From Rhynchobatus australiae (taxonomy: Eukaryota), in contig JAUZTB010000078.1 of the NCBI GenBank assembly GCA_034780895.1, positions 12,217,962 through 12,281,961 of the forward strand: a stretch of DNA of 64,000 nt, read 5' to 3'. Below the pieces are notes generated by a model. That model did no database searches. It was not told the DNA's origin and saw nothing but the letters and a program-made list of their open reading frames with translations. Positions 28,701-42,000 of this stretch are shown piece by piece (the stretch's first letter is position 1; every line of letters begins with the position of its first letter). Position numbers and translations under genes: made by a program.

Positions 28701-31700
28701 TTATCTTTCCTAACTACTGGGATGAATGGGTTGTCTTGTCATGAGTGGCTAAAGAAATCAGATCTATATTCTTTGGAGTTCAGAAGAATAAGGAATGATA
28801 TTGAAACACAAGATCCTTGGGGTGCATGACAAGGTGGATATCGAGATGTTTCCACTAGTGGGAGAATCTTGAATGAAGGTGCACACAGTTGCAACATTAG
28901 GTGGCAGTCATTTAAAACTAAGGTACATAGGAACTTCTCGCAGAGGATGGTGACTCTCTGGAATTCTCCACCAAGAGGCTTGTGGTAGCTAGATCATTGG
29001 AGGTATTTAAAGGGGAGGTAGATACTTTTTTTTTGAAGGGTGGAATTCAGGGTTATGGAGAAACAACACAGAAGAGATGAGGCCCAGGGCAGACCATGAT
29101 CAGATTGAATGGTTGGGTAGGCTCAAAGGGTTGAGTGGCCTATTCCTGTTTTCTTTTGTTTTTGTGTTTGTATGTAGTTACTATACCTGAATGCTAGCTT
29201 TCTGCGAATCATGAACTAAGGCTCCTTTGCATCTCGGAGCTTTGCAATCTTTCACTAAATGGATTAAATGCCTTTATTTCTTTTCTGTCAAAATGGGTGA
29301 TTTAACATTTTTGCGCATTGTACTTCACTTGCCAGGTTTTCGCCTGCTCACTTTATCTATTATTCTTTGTCCCTTTGCAATTTACTTTCCTATCTATTGT
29401 ATCATCATCAAATTTAGCAAAGATTGATGCCTTCATCCAAGTCATTTATATAAGTTGTAGAAAGTTGAGGCCCCAGCATTGATCCCTGTGGCAGACTGCT
29501 CATTACATCTTGCCAGCTGGAAAGGGACCCATTTATGTATACTCTGTTTCTTGTTAGCCAGCCAATCTTTTATTCATGCCAGCTCCTGCACCATAAACTT
29601 TTATTTTCCACAGTAATTTTTTGATACAGCACCTTACCAAATGCCTTCCAGAAATTTGTATATAGTGCATTCCTTTTATCCGCAGCACGTGTTACTTCAA
29701 AGAACTTAAATTAGGTCAAATGTGGTTTTCTTTTCACAAAGCTACATTGCCTTTGCCTGATTACCTTGAATTTTTTAAAGTTCTCTGCTATAATATCTTT
29801 AGTGATAGCTTCAACATTTTCCCTATGAAAGCTGTTAAGCTAACTCCTCTATTTCCTGATTTTTATCTCCCTTNNNNNNNNNNNNNNNNNNNNNNNNNNN
29901 NNNNNTCTCCCTTTCCCATCTGATGGAATTTTTCCAGAAGGAATTTCAGAAAATTAAAATCAATGTGTCAACTATTGCACTGGCCACTCTTAAGACTTGT
30001 CAGCTCACTGAACAATTTACTCAGTGCCACTGCCCGAGTGATTATGTCATTTTTCTGATCCGTCTGTCCCTCTTAGTTCCCAATTTATAGCTATTTCTGG
30101 GATGTTGCTTGCATCCTCTATAATGACGGCTCATGCTAGTGTAAAATCCCCATTAATACATTTGCCATTTCATTGTTTCCTCATTATAAATTCCTCAGAC
30201 TTGCTCTCATTAGTACCTAGGCTCATTTTGTTAAATGTCTACAGAAACTCTTATCTGTTTTTATATTTCTGATTAGTTTTATGTTTTAATTATTCCTTCC
30301 TGAGTAATCTTTGTCATTTTTTTCATATTCTGTCCAATCTTCTGATCTGCCACCCATCTTTGAACAATTAATGTGTTCTCTTTGTTTGATACAATCCTAA
30401 CCAAGGATTCTGGGTCCTCCCTTTTGGAATGTATCCTGTAGATTCTGAAAGATCCCCTTAAATATATCCACTGCATCTTGATTGATCCCTGAATCTAATT
30501 TCCAAATTTACTTGAGCTTGTTTTGACTTCATGTCCTTGTGGATTCCCTTTTGAGTTTAAAATACCAGTCGTGGTCCCTTTCTTCTCTCCATCATACTGA
30601 ATATTAAATCGTACTACGATCACATTATCTAAGGGTGCATAAGCTGGGAAAGTCATTTATCTGGGTTGAATTAACTGATTTTGGTATTTGGCCTAATATG
30701 GAATTAACTCGATTGGCTTGAGAAAATATCACCCAGACTCTTTCCCTTGAATGTTCTCAGTGATTGCAGCTGGAAGTTGTCTCTCACTATTGAATACTTA
30801 TCTGAAGCACTGCCTCGTGAAGGAATGTCACTTAGCTGAGATGCTGAAAGGCCTTCAGATGGGTCTGAAGAAATGTTGGGAAGCTGAATTAGTTTTCAAT
30901 CATATTTTCATTGTCGTTGGCTCTCATAATTCTGGTTCTCCATTTCTTGCAGGAGAGCAGTGGAAAAAGCTGAAGACTCTGAATCTCTTGGCATTACTGT
31001 CTATGTATCGCAGGATTGCACAGGTGAACATGCACCCTGATTCATTACGGGCATACAAGTTGAGCACTGTGCTAGTGAGATTAGAACTGCTTGATTTTCT
31101 TTAAGTTGAGGTTACTGCTGGCAGAAACAAATTTGCCTAATTTTAACTATATCAGATTTNNNNNNNNNNNNNNNNNNNNNNNNNNNNNNNNNNNNNNNNN
31201 NNNNNNNNNNNNNNNNNNNNNNNGGATTGGTAATCTGTTTATGCTGATCTGTACACACAATGCACTAATTGAAAGAGTATTAGAAGCGGATTGAACAGTA
31301 ATTTTCTAAAAGGGAATTTTACAAATATTTGAGGGGATTTTCTTCATTCAGCTGCTTGGGAGGATTCCATCTTCCCTAGCCATAGAACTGTGCATTACTG
31401 GCAATTGTGTTTTGTTCGGTGCCTTTGCATGAGTATTTGTACCATTCACAGAAACTGTGAGTGATGTGTGTGTCTGGGGTTGAAAGGGATGGGCACTATT
31501 TAAAATTGCTGCAAATCTTTGTCAGCTGTGGGAAAGTATATGGAAATGTGGCCCATCTAAACTCACCATTTATAATATTGGAAAATTGGACAAAAAAATT
31601 GGAAAATTAGTTTATTATTGTCACATGTTCCGAGGTACAGTGAAAAACCTTGTTTTGCATGCCATCCATACAGAACAAGGATTTTCACTGTACCTTGTAC

Positions 31701-34700
31701 CACTGTTCCTAATATCTTTGGGATACTAAACTATCCTATGAGATAAGTGAGTTTTAAAATAAAGGCAATGGATAAAGAATCTGCTTTTATGAAACAACTT
31801 CAAGGGCTCTGAGTAAGAGCGCAGCACTGTGGCGTAGCCAGTAGAGCAGCTCCCTTGCAGTGCCAGGGTCAAGGTTTAATCCTGACCTTGGATGCTGTCT
31901 GTGTGTAGTTCACGCGTTCTTCCTATGATAATGTGGGTTTCCTCTGGGTGCTCTGATTTCACCCCACATCCAAAGATGTGGTTTGGTGAGTAAATTGGCC
32001 CTAGTGTGCAAGTGAGTGGTAGCATTGTGCAGGAGAGAGGAAGTTGTTGAGAATGTGGTGAAAATTAAAATAAAATGGGATTAATGCAGTAGTGGTGTAT
32101 GTGGGTGGTTGATACTGAAGGGCCTGTCTCCATGAACTTCTCTATGAAGTTGTGACTTTGATAACTAGCCATTTATCTTTTTGTCTGCAACTTTGTCGTG
32201 CTTCAAAAGGCCATCCCTGAAATAAGCCACAGGTCATGACAGTGTAATTTCCAACCCGAGTGAAGACGATGAATTAAATCCCCTACCATCAAGTCTACTG
32301 AATATGAATAATTCTGTCTTCCGAAGTTTTATTGGTACTATTTCTGCTATGAAGGGGTAAATGGGAAGGTACTTATTTTGCCCTCCCTACTAACAGCAAT
32401 TCTGCACACAATGTATTATTAAGAATAAAGAACTGTAATTTACATACCACCTTTCAAAACCTCAACATCCCAAATGGCTCTCAGTCACGGGGTGCTTTTG
32501 GAATGCAGTCACTTCTAGAATGTAGAAAGGTAAAATGGCCAGTTTTAACTTGGCAAGCTCCTACAAATAGCAACAACATGTATGTGACTTGATAATTCTG
32601 TTTCAGTAACATGGTTGAGAGGACTAAATAAATGGTCAGAAGACTGGGAGAATTCTCCTGTTCTTGTTACGATAATATCATTGGATCTTTTCCCTTTGCT
32701 GGAGTGGCACAATTATTCAAAGGATGACACTTCTAATGGTACTGGCATGGAATGTCATCCTAGATTTATATACACAAATCTCTAGTTGAATTTGAACCCA
32801 CAATATCTGCCAGGGAGAGAAGAGTGCCACTCACACCTGACTTTTCAAATAGAGTGTAAACAGCAGGTAGAACCAAAACTAAATCAAATTTCTCAAATAA
32901 GTAAATGCCTAACTCAATTGGTTTTGATATCAGTGTCATCATTTCTTTGTATCATGAAACAAATTGTCTGTTCATTAATTGACCTTGAATTATCTTCACA
33001 ATTGGTTGAGCATTTTCTAGTTTTAGTGTCTTCACCAGGTATTTGAAAAATGCTATCTCATTAAATTTTGAAGGTTCCAAATGAATCCAATACAAATTTT
33101 ACAAGATGATTGCAGGTAGATCATCAAAATTTTGCTTTGTATGTGTAGTTTTAATGTAATTCTGAGGAGAATGCATTTGAAGTTGGCAATTATTTCTTTT
33201 CCTTGTGGGACAGTGTACAAAGGAGATGTGGTGAATCTCTGTGAGATGCAGTTAAAGGGTGGAAAAGCTCCTGGTTTGGATTGGAAGTCTGTTATTATCC
33301 TGGTACCTGTTCGACTTGGAGGTGAAAATCTCAACCCAGTGTACATGCAGTGTGTGAAGGTAAACAGTGTGGTTATAATCGAATTATAAATCTTGTGTGC
33401 GTTCAGGTACTTGTCAGCTTCTAGGCCATCAGCTGTGATAGTCATTTTGATTTTCAAATCCCATGTATTTTGAGGAAAATCTCAAATAAGGGTGCATAAA
33501 TTTAATGGATTGATGCCATAGTTCACAATCAGCAAAGAATGGTCTCTGGCATGTTTTCTGCTCTTCAGGCACTTTGTCTTGCTCCTGTTGGTGGCCAGTT
33601 CTTGCTGCTTCCTTGCTGATGTACTCTGGTGCATCTTGCTATCTCATCGCCCTTGTTGCTTTCTACAGAGATCTCTTGGAAGTGTACTAGGCAACTGATT
33701 CTTGTATATTTGCAGGAGATCCTGAAGCTTGAATGTTGCATTGGAATCATTGGTGGGAAACCCAAGCACTCACTTTACTTCATTGGATTTCAAGGTAGGT
33801 ATTAATGTAGAGCACATCTTGTTTGTTCTCTATCTGGCTAGACGAGTATAGTGACCTGTGTTGGGCTCAGAAACAGGAAAAGAGAATTGGAAGTACTAAC
33901 TGAATATGCATCTTTGACAAACGTTTGAGACACGAGACTGCAGATGCTGGAACCTGGAGCAACAAACAATCTGGTGGAGGAGCTCAGCAATGTTTTGGGT
34001 TGAAAATGCAGAGTTTCAACCCAAAACGTCGACAGTTCCTTTCCTCTCACAGATGCTGTTTGACCTTCTGAGTTCCTCCTGATTGTTTGTTGCTGTGAAG
34101 GAATACAAATATATGTATTATTCAAATGACATTATAGTTAGGTGACATTCTATTTGGGGAAACAGAAAGGTATGCTTCATCTGGAGTATTCGGTTCTGTT
34201 CTGAAACTGGCATGTGGTGAAGATTGGACCCACTGATTTTCATTTACAAGTACTTGAGATTTTATTTACTTTCGTAATGTACTGGGGGGTTGTGATTATG
34301 ATTTGTTTATTTTAATGAATGATTCCAGTTAGGATGTTGCTTGAATTTGATTGGGCTGGTTAGATTGGTGATCATGCCATTCCTATGTGTCACAGTTATT
34401 TCAAATTCCATGAAGGTTTTCCTTTCAGAGAATTATCACTTCATGGAACAAATTTCTGACTCTGGGATCGCTAAAGTCCTTAAAGAATTTGTCAAGTTTC
34501 TGAGTGAAACAAACATTTCCATTATTAGGTTAGTTGGTTTGGGTTGTAATGCATCTTGGAGAGATTTCCTAGAATCTTCCTTGCATTAATCATAAGGTTT
34601 TCTTGTTGCTGCTTGTCCCAAAAGTCAGCGCATTGTGGAAGGGATAGCTGGACTGGGGAGTAATTGAATCTGTTTGTTCTTGTGGACTACATAATGTGTG

Positions 34701-37700
34701 TTTGTACCAGAGTCAGGAGAAACATCATCCCTGGCTGGGCCCACGAGCATCTTCTGCGTTTGAACTGCCTATTCTTCAAAACTCTAGAATGTATTTGCCC
34801 AGTCTTTTGCTAGTAGGATAAATTCCAATACCCCACCTTCTCCTAATCATCCCATGAATCAATCTTTGTTGTACTCCCTTTGATCACAATTATATTCTGC
34901 CTGAGGTAGGGAGATAAGAACTGTATACAATATTCCAGAATATTCCAGGTGCAGACTCACAAGGACCCTATTTAATTGCAGTAAAATATTTACTCTTGTA
35001 TTGAAATCCTCTTGCAGTAATGGTCAAAATATCATTTGGCTTTCTGATTGTTCAATGTAGCTGAATGGTTTTTAATGTACATTTCAATCTCCCGCCATTT
35101 TAAAAAGAATATTGTTTCTATTTTCTTTTACTAGTTAAGCAGACAATGTTGCATTTCTCCACATTATAGTCTATCTGTACCCTGGCCTATTTAGTTAGCT
35201 TTTATACATTCCCTTGTAACCCCTCTGCATCCTTCTTGCAACTTGCACTGCCACTCAACTGTCCATTATCAGCAAATTTGGATATGTTGCATTTTGCCCC
35301 CTCATCTAGATCATTGATACGTATTGTGAACACCGGATCCCCAGCGCCAATGCCTCAGTAGTTCCAACCCAAAAATAACCCATGTATTCCTATTTTGAGT
35401 TCTATCCATTAATCAATCATCAATCCATGCCTGTATGTCCACAGTCTTCTGCTCCAAATTTTTCGTAAGTTCCCATACCAAAAAATACTCTCAAAGTTCA
35501 ATGTACCACATCCACTGAATATCAATATCACCCCATATCAATCCTATTGATTGCACCCCATATCAATTCTATTGATTGCACCTCGGACATGCTTTTCCTT
35601 TCATTCATTCATGTTAACTGCCTAATCCAACAATTATTTTCTATGCCATGTTACCACTTTTTTAACAGTAGATTCTAAATTTTCCCTACTATTGATGTAG
35701 GGACCTAGACAACCTTTAGAAATTATTCTTGAATATACAGCCATAGGACCATGATATTGCCTGTACTCCAGAAGTCCCTGGTAAATGGGCAGTTTAGTTA
35801 ATTGTAAAAGCCTACCTAGCCTGGGAATACCGAATTGTCCCCGAAGCTAAGCTAGCGGAGATTACTAGCACCTTCAGTGGAAGGTTGAATTGCAGTGAAG
35901 CAGTCTATGTTCTTATTACTTTGCAGATGATTTCCTGCTGTATTTGGACCCTCACTACTGCCAGCCAGTTGTGGATGTAACTAAATACAACTTCCTGCTA
36001 GAGGTAAGTAATGCCCGGCTATTGCTACAGGATAGGTCTGTGCCTGCTGCTGGTCTGGTTTCAGTTAGCCAAGCAGTTGCTGAGAATTTTATTTAAGGTA
36101 GGGAGAGCACAGATATACCTTGAGAGCCAGAAAGACTAAATCAAAACAGCAGCATAGAGCTATCTGTTGTGGCATCAGAAGGGTGTTTTTCAGTTTCTGC
36201 CCTACTATTGCTTTTGTGTGTATGTTAATTTTTTACAACAGCTGTTTCTTTGTATACTACAAACAAAATAACTGCTTTATTAGAGAGGAACTTGAATCTT
36301 GGTTGTTATACAGTGTACCAGAGTTAATACAAAGGAATTGAAAGTTGTTATTAGTTCACAGTGGTGCTTGCTGTTGGACAAAGCAAAGATTTTGTAACGT
36401 AGCCTGGTGTTTGGGTAGGTTTTTCAGCCAGAGTAGCAAGCTTACTGCTTTATTTAATCATTACTGCATGGTCTGCTATTTAAGAGCAGTTATGTTCCTC
36501 AAAGCTTCTGTAATTGCTGCTTTGTGATGAGCTTTGAATACAATGGATTTATAACTGGCATCAGGATAAGTAGGGGATACCTTGCAAGGGTCGCTCCTGG
36601 ATGCGTCTATGCAGGGCAGATTCAGGACGCTCTGGGATTAGTCGATTTACTGAATCTGGTAGGAGGGGAGGTCAGCTATTCTCAAAAGAACCAGAGACAA
36701 GGAAAGAAATGCAAAGGTAGACTGGGAGATTTTTCTAGAATCCTCCCCCTACTATTCCCACTTGCTCCTAAAGGACACCCACCATGTATCAGTGTTTATA
36801 TTTTTTTTGTCTGTCACATTCCTTCATGCCTTGTTGAACTTTTCTGCTTCAGAATCAAGAGGTCTTAGTCATGGTATATATTAGATAAGAGCACACTGAA
36901 CAAGGTCCAGTTTATGAACACATTTGCTGCAAATTAGTTTGCAGTAATCCACTTGCTTAAAGGTAGCAATAAAAAACACTTTTTTTTCCCTGGTTAAAAT
37001 ACTACCGGGCAGTGATTTGTTGTGACATCGTTCCATAGAAGGTGGATGCCTGTAGTACACATCACCAAACTGCCTATTGTTCATGTGAGCTAATATCAAC
37101 AAACCGCTGAGCTGATCTTGTTCTTGCCTGATGTCTGCACACTGTAGAATGATCAGGAGTTGGAAGCTGAGCTAATTATTCGTACTCTTCCTCCATCTCC
37201 AAAGCCCCTTCACTGCCCCATCGTAACTCCCACACTCAGATTGAGATGGTGAGCATGTAAGAGGAGGATCTCGCTGATATTCTTGCCAATGCAGCTTGGA
37301 TTGATAGAGGCTTGGATTTATGTTTTGGGATCTTAGAGTGTAAAGGAGAATGAAGCATTTAACATGGGGAATTGTTCATTAATAGTTGTTTTCGTTCCAG
37401 TCATATCACTGCATCTCTCCAAGGAAGCTGTCCTTCAGTAAGATGGATCCTAGCTGTACAATAGGGTTTTATGCAAAGACTAAGGAGGATTTTGAAAATT
37501 TGTGTCAAAATGTCACAAAGGTAAGTAAGTAAATGGTGCAATGTTTTTTAAATCCGTTACTGAAGCTGCTTTGAGAAAGTATAATGGGTCAAACATTGTA
37601 ACTGTAGCTGTATGTCTTAACTCTGAAATAAACCAGTCATTTTTCTCCTGTTCTCTTCTGATCGTTATTGGTGTGAGGTGTATTATGGCTTTTGAACCAC

Positions 37701-39087
37701 TTGTGGTTAAGTTCGTTGTTGCACTATACTTGGTGTTACTCTAGATAAACTGCCCTTCTGGAGAATAGTCTGTGGCTTTTGATAAAGTTCTATGTACATG
37801 GATATTGGTGAAATTCAAAGTTGTCCTGGTGGGGGTGGAGGTCAGAGGAAAATTTTAGTTGAAAGCAGTAGGTGTTGTTGAAGGAGTTACTGGAGTGGAA
37901 AGCTGAGTTGGGAGCATGCTGGTGGGGAGGGGGTTTGTGTTGGAACCATATCTGTTGGTATGTTGCATCAGTGATGTAGATTCGGAACTCAAAATAAATA
38001 GACAGTATGAAGCCTGGGGAGTGGAACCAAAGGAGATTACCCAAGTTACTGTAGGAATTAAACCATAACTTTGGAGAATAATGGCAGTTTTTACCACTCT
38101 CTCTTTGTCTTCAATTAATATTAAACAAATTCAAATATCAGTGATATAGATTCAGGAATTCTACAAGTTTTCTGATGAAAGGTCATTGACCTGAAATGTT
38201 AACTTTTTCTTTTCAAAAGTGTTACTTGCTTTGAGTATTAACAGCATTTTCTGTTTTCATTTAAAATTTCCAGTATCGGCAATTTATTTAATTTTATGCC
38301 AGTAATACAAGCTGGTTACCGGGATCTGATCATCTCTGAGAACACACAATTCTGTATTTGTTTGACAGACCATTTTTGTGAGGATATTTCCCTTGGTAGT
38401 GGAGTCCAATAATAGGGGGCATCATCTCAGAATGGGGAGGCGACNNNNNNNNNNNNNNNNNNNNNNNNNNNNNNNNNNNNNNNNNNNNNNNNNNNNNNNN
38501 NNNNNNNNNNNNNNNNNNNNNNNNNNNNNNNNNNNNNNNNNNNNNNNNNNNNNNNNNNNNNNNNNNNNNNNNNNNNNNNNNNNNNNNNNNNNNNNNNNNN
38601 NNNNNNNNNNNNNNNNNNNNNNNNNNNNNNNNNNNNNNNNNNNNNNNNNNNNNNNNNNNNNNNNNNNNNNNNNNNNNNNNNNNNNNNNNNNNNNNNNNNN
38701 NNNNNNNNNNNNNNNNNNNNNNNNNNNNNNNNNNNNNNNNNNNNNNNNNNNNNNNNNNNNNNNNNNNNNNNNNNNNNNNNNNNNNNNNNNNNNNNNNNNN
38801 NNNNNNNNNNNNNNNNNNNNNNNNNNNNNNNNNNNNNNNNNNNNNNNNNNNNNNNNNNNNNNNNNNNNNNNNNNNNNNNNNNNNATGATTTTGTTTTTCT
38901 TTAGGTGTTGGGTTCCTCGTCTTTGAAAGAGAAGTACCCTATTTTCACCTTTGCAGAGGGCTGTGCTCAGGATTACAGTCTGGATGAACTCTGCACTCAC
39001 AAACCGGAAACAACTGTGGAAATCTCCAAGTCTGAAAGAGCAGGGAAGTCCAAGCGGAACAGCACTGATGAGTTTGTTTTTCTCTAA
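22728..39087 (+). CDS. ATG4D: Cysteine protease ATG4D; coding exons 22728-22944, 24575-24658, 24760(24757)-24972, 26467-26824, 30953-31023, 33214-33359, 33716-33794, 35927-36003, 37401-37520, 38905-39087 (about 520 aa)
   Basis: N-terminus [24 protein letters not shown]. Catalytic Cys in [19 protein letters not shown] (TGC 24909-24911), [22 protein letters not shown], catalytic Asp/His in [19 protein letters not shown], and C-terminal DEFVFL*. All introns are GT-AG and phase-consistent. Exon 3 contains a 10-N gap. Confidence 0.96.
23200..24150 (-). mobile_element. Old L2-type LINE remnant in an ATG4D intron
   Basis: Degenerate L2-like phrases (gggaattccag..., gcagagttttggatgac..., tagagctgagtgctgcctgtgtgcatgtggaa). 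Recall-based. Confidence 0.5.
25506..25670. repeat. Fold-back (palindromic) interspersed repeat, Penelope-terminus/MITE-like
   Basis: cacacaaaatgctggaggaactcagcaggtca ... tgacctgctgcgtacctcgagcattgtgtgtg form inverted arms. Related copies lie at ~520-790, 16905-17000, 20030-20170, 38170-38280, 44900-45010, 48255-48450, 56085-56250 and 61085-61320. Confidence 0.7.
26915..27325 (+). mobile_element. Decayed CR1 LINE 3' end
   Basis: ctggagcagaggagactgaaaggggatctgattgaggtctacaaaatt.. encodes [16 protein letters not shown]. Confidence 0.8.
28280..30620 (-). mobile_element. Long decayed CR1 LINE (minus) interrupted by a plus-strand CR1 3' end at ~28717-29170
   Basis: Minus-strand RT-region remnants (e.g. 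ccccagcattgatccctgtgg, atcatcaaatttagc) flank a plus-strand [12 protein letters not shown]-like tail. Confidence 0.7.
31822..32145 (+). mobile_element. HE1-like tRNA-derived V-SINE
   Basis: tRNA-like head, V-domain core (gtctgtgtgtagttcacgcgttcttcc..gtgggtttcctctgggtgctctgatttc..ccacatccaaagatgtg) and CR1-derived tail gaagggcctgtctcc. Confidence 0.8.
32430..32830 (-). mobile_element. DeuSINE/SacSINE-like SINE (decayed)
   Basis: Reverse complement of the element at 62770-63200. A similar fragment lies at ~1960-2200. Confidence 0.55.
33934..34094. repeat. Fold-back interspersed repeat in the ATG4D intron after coding exon 7
   Basis: Outer arms agcaacaaacaatc..ggaggagctcag / ctgagttcctcctgattgtttgttgct and inner arms ttttgggttgaaa / tttcaacccaaaa. 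Confidence 0.75.
34850..35700 (-). mobile_element. Decayed CR1 LINE segment
   Basis: aactgtatacaatattccag, attatcagcaaatttgga, tcatctagatcattgat: typical reverse-strand CR1 RT remnants. Confidence 0.65.
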
Positions 39088-42000
39088 TGAACTCGCCATT
39101 AAATATCTGTGCCTGCTATGTTACAGCAGGGAACAAACTAGGAGCCTCATGGAACATTTCAATATTTATATTCTGGTGTCTTTCCATAATGAGGTGGAGT
39201 CATGGCAATCATTAACCTTTCTGGGTAGCTTTTACTCTGACACTGGTATAACTCTTCCTGAGAATGAACTGGTTACCTTTTCCTTCCCTTTATATTGTTG
39301 CTGAAATTGTGTATGTCATTTGTGGGTCTGCTTGATGCAGACTTTTCAAGGCATTGACGACTTCAGGCTGGAGCTGATATTGAAACTAGTTATGTAATGC
39401 ATTGATGCAGATGTTGCTGAGGTGCTGACTTGCATTCTAAGAGCTCACAGATTGGTCAGTCCCTCACATTTACCCAATCCTTAACATAGTATGAGCTTGA
39501 TTAAAGGGAGTAAGTTTCATCAGGAAGGGGGAATGGTTGCAGAGTCTGATACTATCCACTGGTTTACTTTTAATGCATTTTGCTAGAATTACAGATGCAG
39601 CAGGGAATCTTGCCTGTCCTTGCTTCCCTGGGTCCAGAACACTTGAGACTGATTGTCCCCTTGGCTGATTGCAAAAGGTGCATCTTTTGCTGCATTTGGC
39701 ATCTTTCCCCCAACTCTTTTCCCTGGGAGGTACAAATCAGCTCATGGAACTACCTCTTTGATATTTGGCTCCCTAGTGTGTACTGTGTGAGCCACAGTAA
39801 GTCAATTCACAGTTCACTTTACCAGTGTGAGTGTAGGCATGTACCATCATAACACAGCAGATTGTCGCATTGTAGCACTCCTTTCTTACTACTCTCTTAA
39901 ATTGCCCCACAACATTCTGTTCCAACATTAAATTGGCAGTGTTGTGACCTGAATATTTGCAGTGAATGTCAAACCACATCTTTGTTTAGGGAAAAGGATA
40001 GGCAAAATATTTACCTCTTCAAGAATGGGCTATCGTTTATCTATTTTGATTGGTAGATTCATTTATAAAATAGTGCGATAAGAGCCCGACCATGAACAAA
40101 GGAAAGAACATTAGATGGACCAGGATTAGTTTCTTGCCAAATCCACACATGCAAACAGCTGCCTTGCAGTAACATTTTAACATTTCTAATGCTACGTTCT
40201 TTCTTTATTGTAAACATTTTACTCTAGGTGATGTTGGGAGTGAGATGCATTTCATCTTGGATGTGGGGACAGATTTTTCTTGATGAGATGAAAGCCTTTT
40301 CAAGGGATATGTTCTTTGCTGGAGCTTGGTTTGAAATTGTGCTTGGCCAATAACACAGAACTGCCCCAGATTCAACACCAACTGGCATTAAAATCTCATT
40401 CAAGCCACAGGGTGTTGGTATGGACAGTGCAGAAGACCACTGTCAGAAGGGGTTTCTTCTCTGGTTCTTGTTCAAGAACATCATTGGAATAGAGCAGAAA
40501 GAGATTTACAATGCCTTGTGGCACTTGAACAACCCTAGAGCCTGTTTATTTCACATCACACTGTTTAACCCACTGTATAATCTGGATTTTTAATCCTGTT
40601 ACTGCTGGTTTGAAACGTGACTACTGATCTTAATGACTCAAAGTGTTGCCTTTAATTATTAATTGAGCTAACAGGTAAGAGCTGTCTGATTGCATAACTA
40701 TTTAGTTTGTATTATTTATTCTGTATATTCCAGTTTCTGTATTTGATAGTTACTTTTTATTTCTGAAATCAGCCTTTGATCTGAAGCATAGCTATATGCA
40801 TTTCCTTGTGTCTGCAGAGTACATCTTCCCTCCCATCCTTACCCATCCACCCAGTAGTTAAAATGTGAAATGTTTGGAGTAACATCTTAAGGATCAATTT
40901 ACTGGGACGGAGGCACAAGTAGGTGAAGCTCAGATGTCCATGCAGTGGAGATGTTTAGCTTTTATTGGAATATTTAGAATCTTGTGAAGAGCGCAGTGTA
41001 TTCTCCCCGCCACCATACCTAATGGACAGCCAAGCTTGATATGTGGTCTTTAGTTGAGAGTTTATAGTAATGCCACTGTTTACCTGTATGGGTTCAGTTC
41101 ATAAAATGTGTTAATTGCAACATTGCAGTCTCTTACTGCCAAGCTCAGGACCAAATTATCAGTGGGATAGTAGTGGGACATCATGATGCCTCCATGGTGA
41201 GCCTTTGTGTCATGTTAACAAATAATTGTATAAGCTTGGGGAAGGTAGCTAACTGCACATTATTTTAAACATTGTATAGTACTTTTAGTGGAACCATTTT
41301 CGCTTGAATCTTAATTTGAAGAATATTGGCCACAACAGAAGGATTGGGTGGGGTTGAATAGAAATAGATGTTTCCACAGTCTTTCTGTGATATAGTTTGC
41401 ACCTTTCAATACGGTGGAACCATGGGCTTTCACAGCTTGGGTCACTGTGTGCTTCACTGACAGGTTCTCTGCATTTTACTTCAGGGAGTGTAAATCATTA
41501 ATCAAATTGCAGAACTGTCAGGAGGGTTAAGGGCTCTCAATCAAGTGGCCATCTCTCTTCCTAACAAACTCAAACGTGCAGATATTGACCATGTTGCTAA
41601 TGACTATTAATGTGCAGCCATTTCATTAGCAACATACAGACATGGGGATTTTATTTCACTGTTACCACGTGGTTAGCCTGTAAGATGTGCAAATGCGCCA
41701 CACAGTGATTGAGTATAAGACATGGTAGGCTGTAATGGATTACTCCATAGTATTAATGTGGAACATTTCCACTCCAGTAACTAACTGGATATAAAATATT
41801 GCTGCAGCTTCTGTCTTGATCAGGCTGATTATATCTAAGAAATTATTTTTGCCTTGTCTGTCCTGTTGGCCAATCATTTTTGATTTTAGCTTCATTTTCT
41901 GCCTCCCACCTTGTGGGTTCCAGTATTTCAAGTGTCTTCTAATGACCCCTATTACTATTCAGAGAGCAGCAGAATTCTCCTTCCCCCTTTGGCCAATATT

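Noticed and set aside
31822-31900. tRNA-like A/B-box heads here and at ~62770
   Set aside because: They are SINE heads followed by SINE cores, not tRNA genes.
35529-35582. 25-bp tandem duplication with internal palindrome (caccccatatcaatcctattgattg x2)
   Set aside because: Two copies with no spacers, inside a decayed CR1. A slippage duplication, not a CRISPR-like array.
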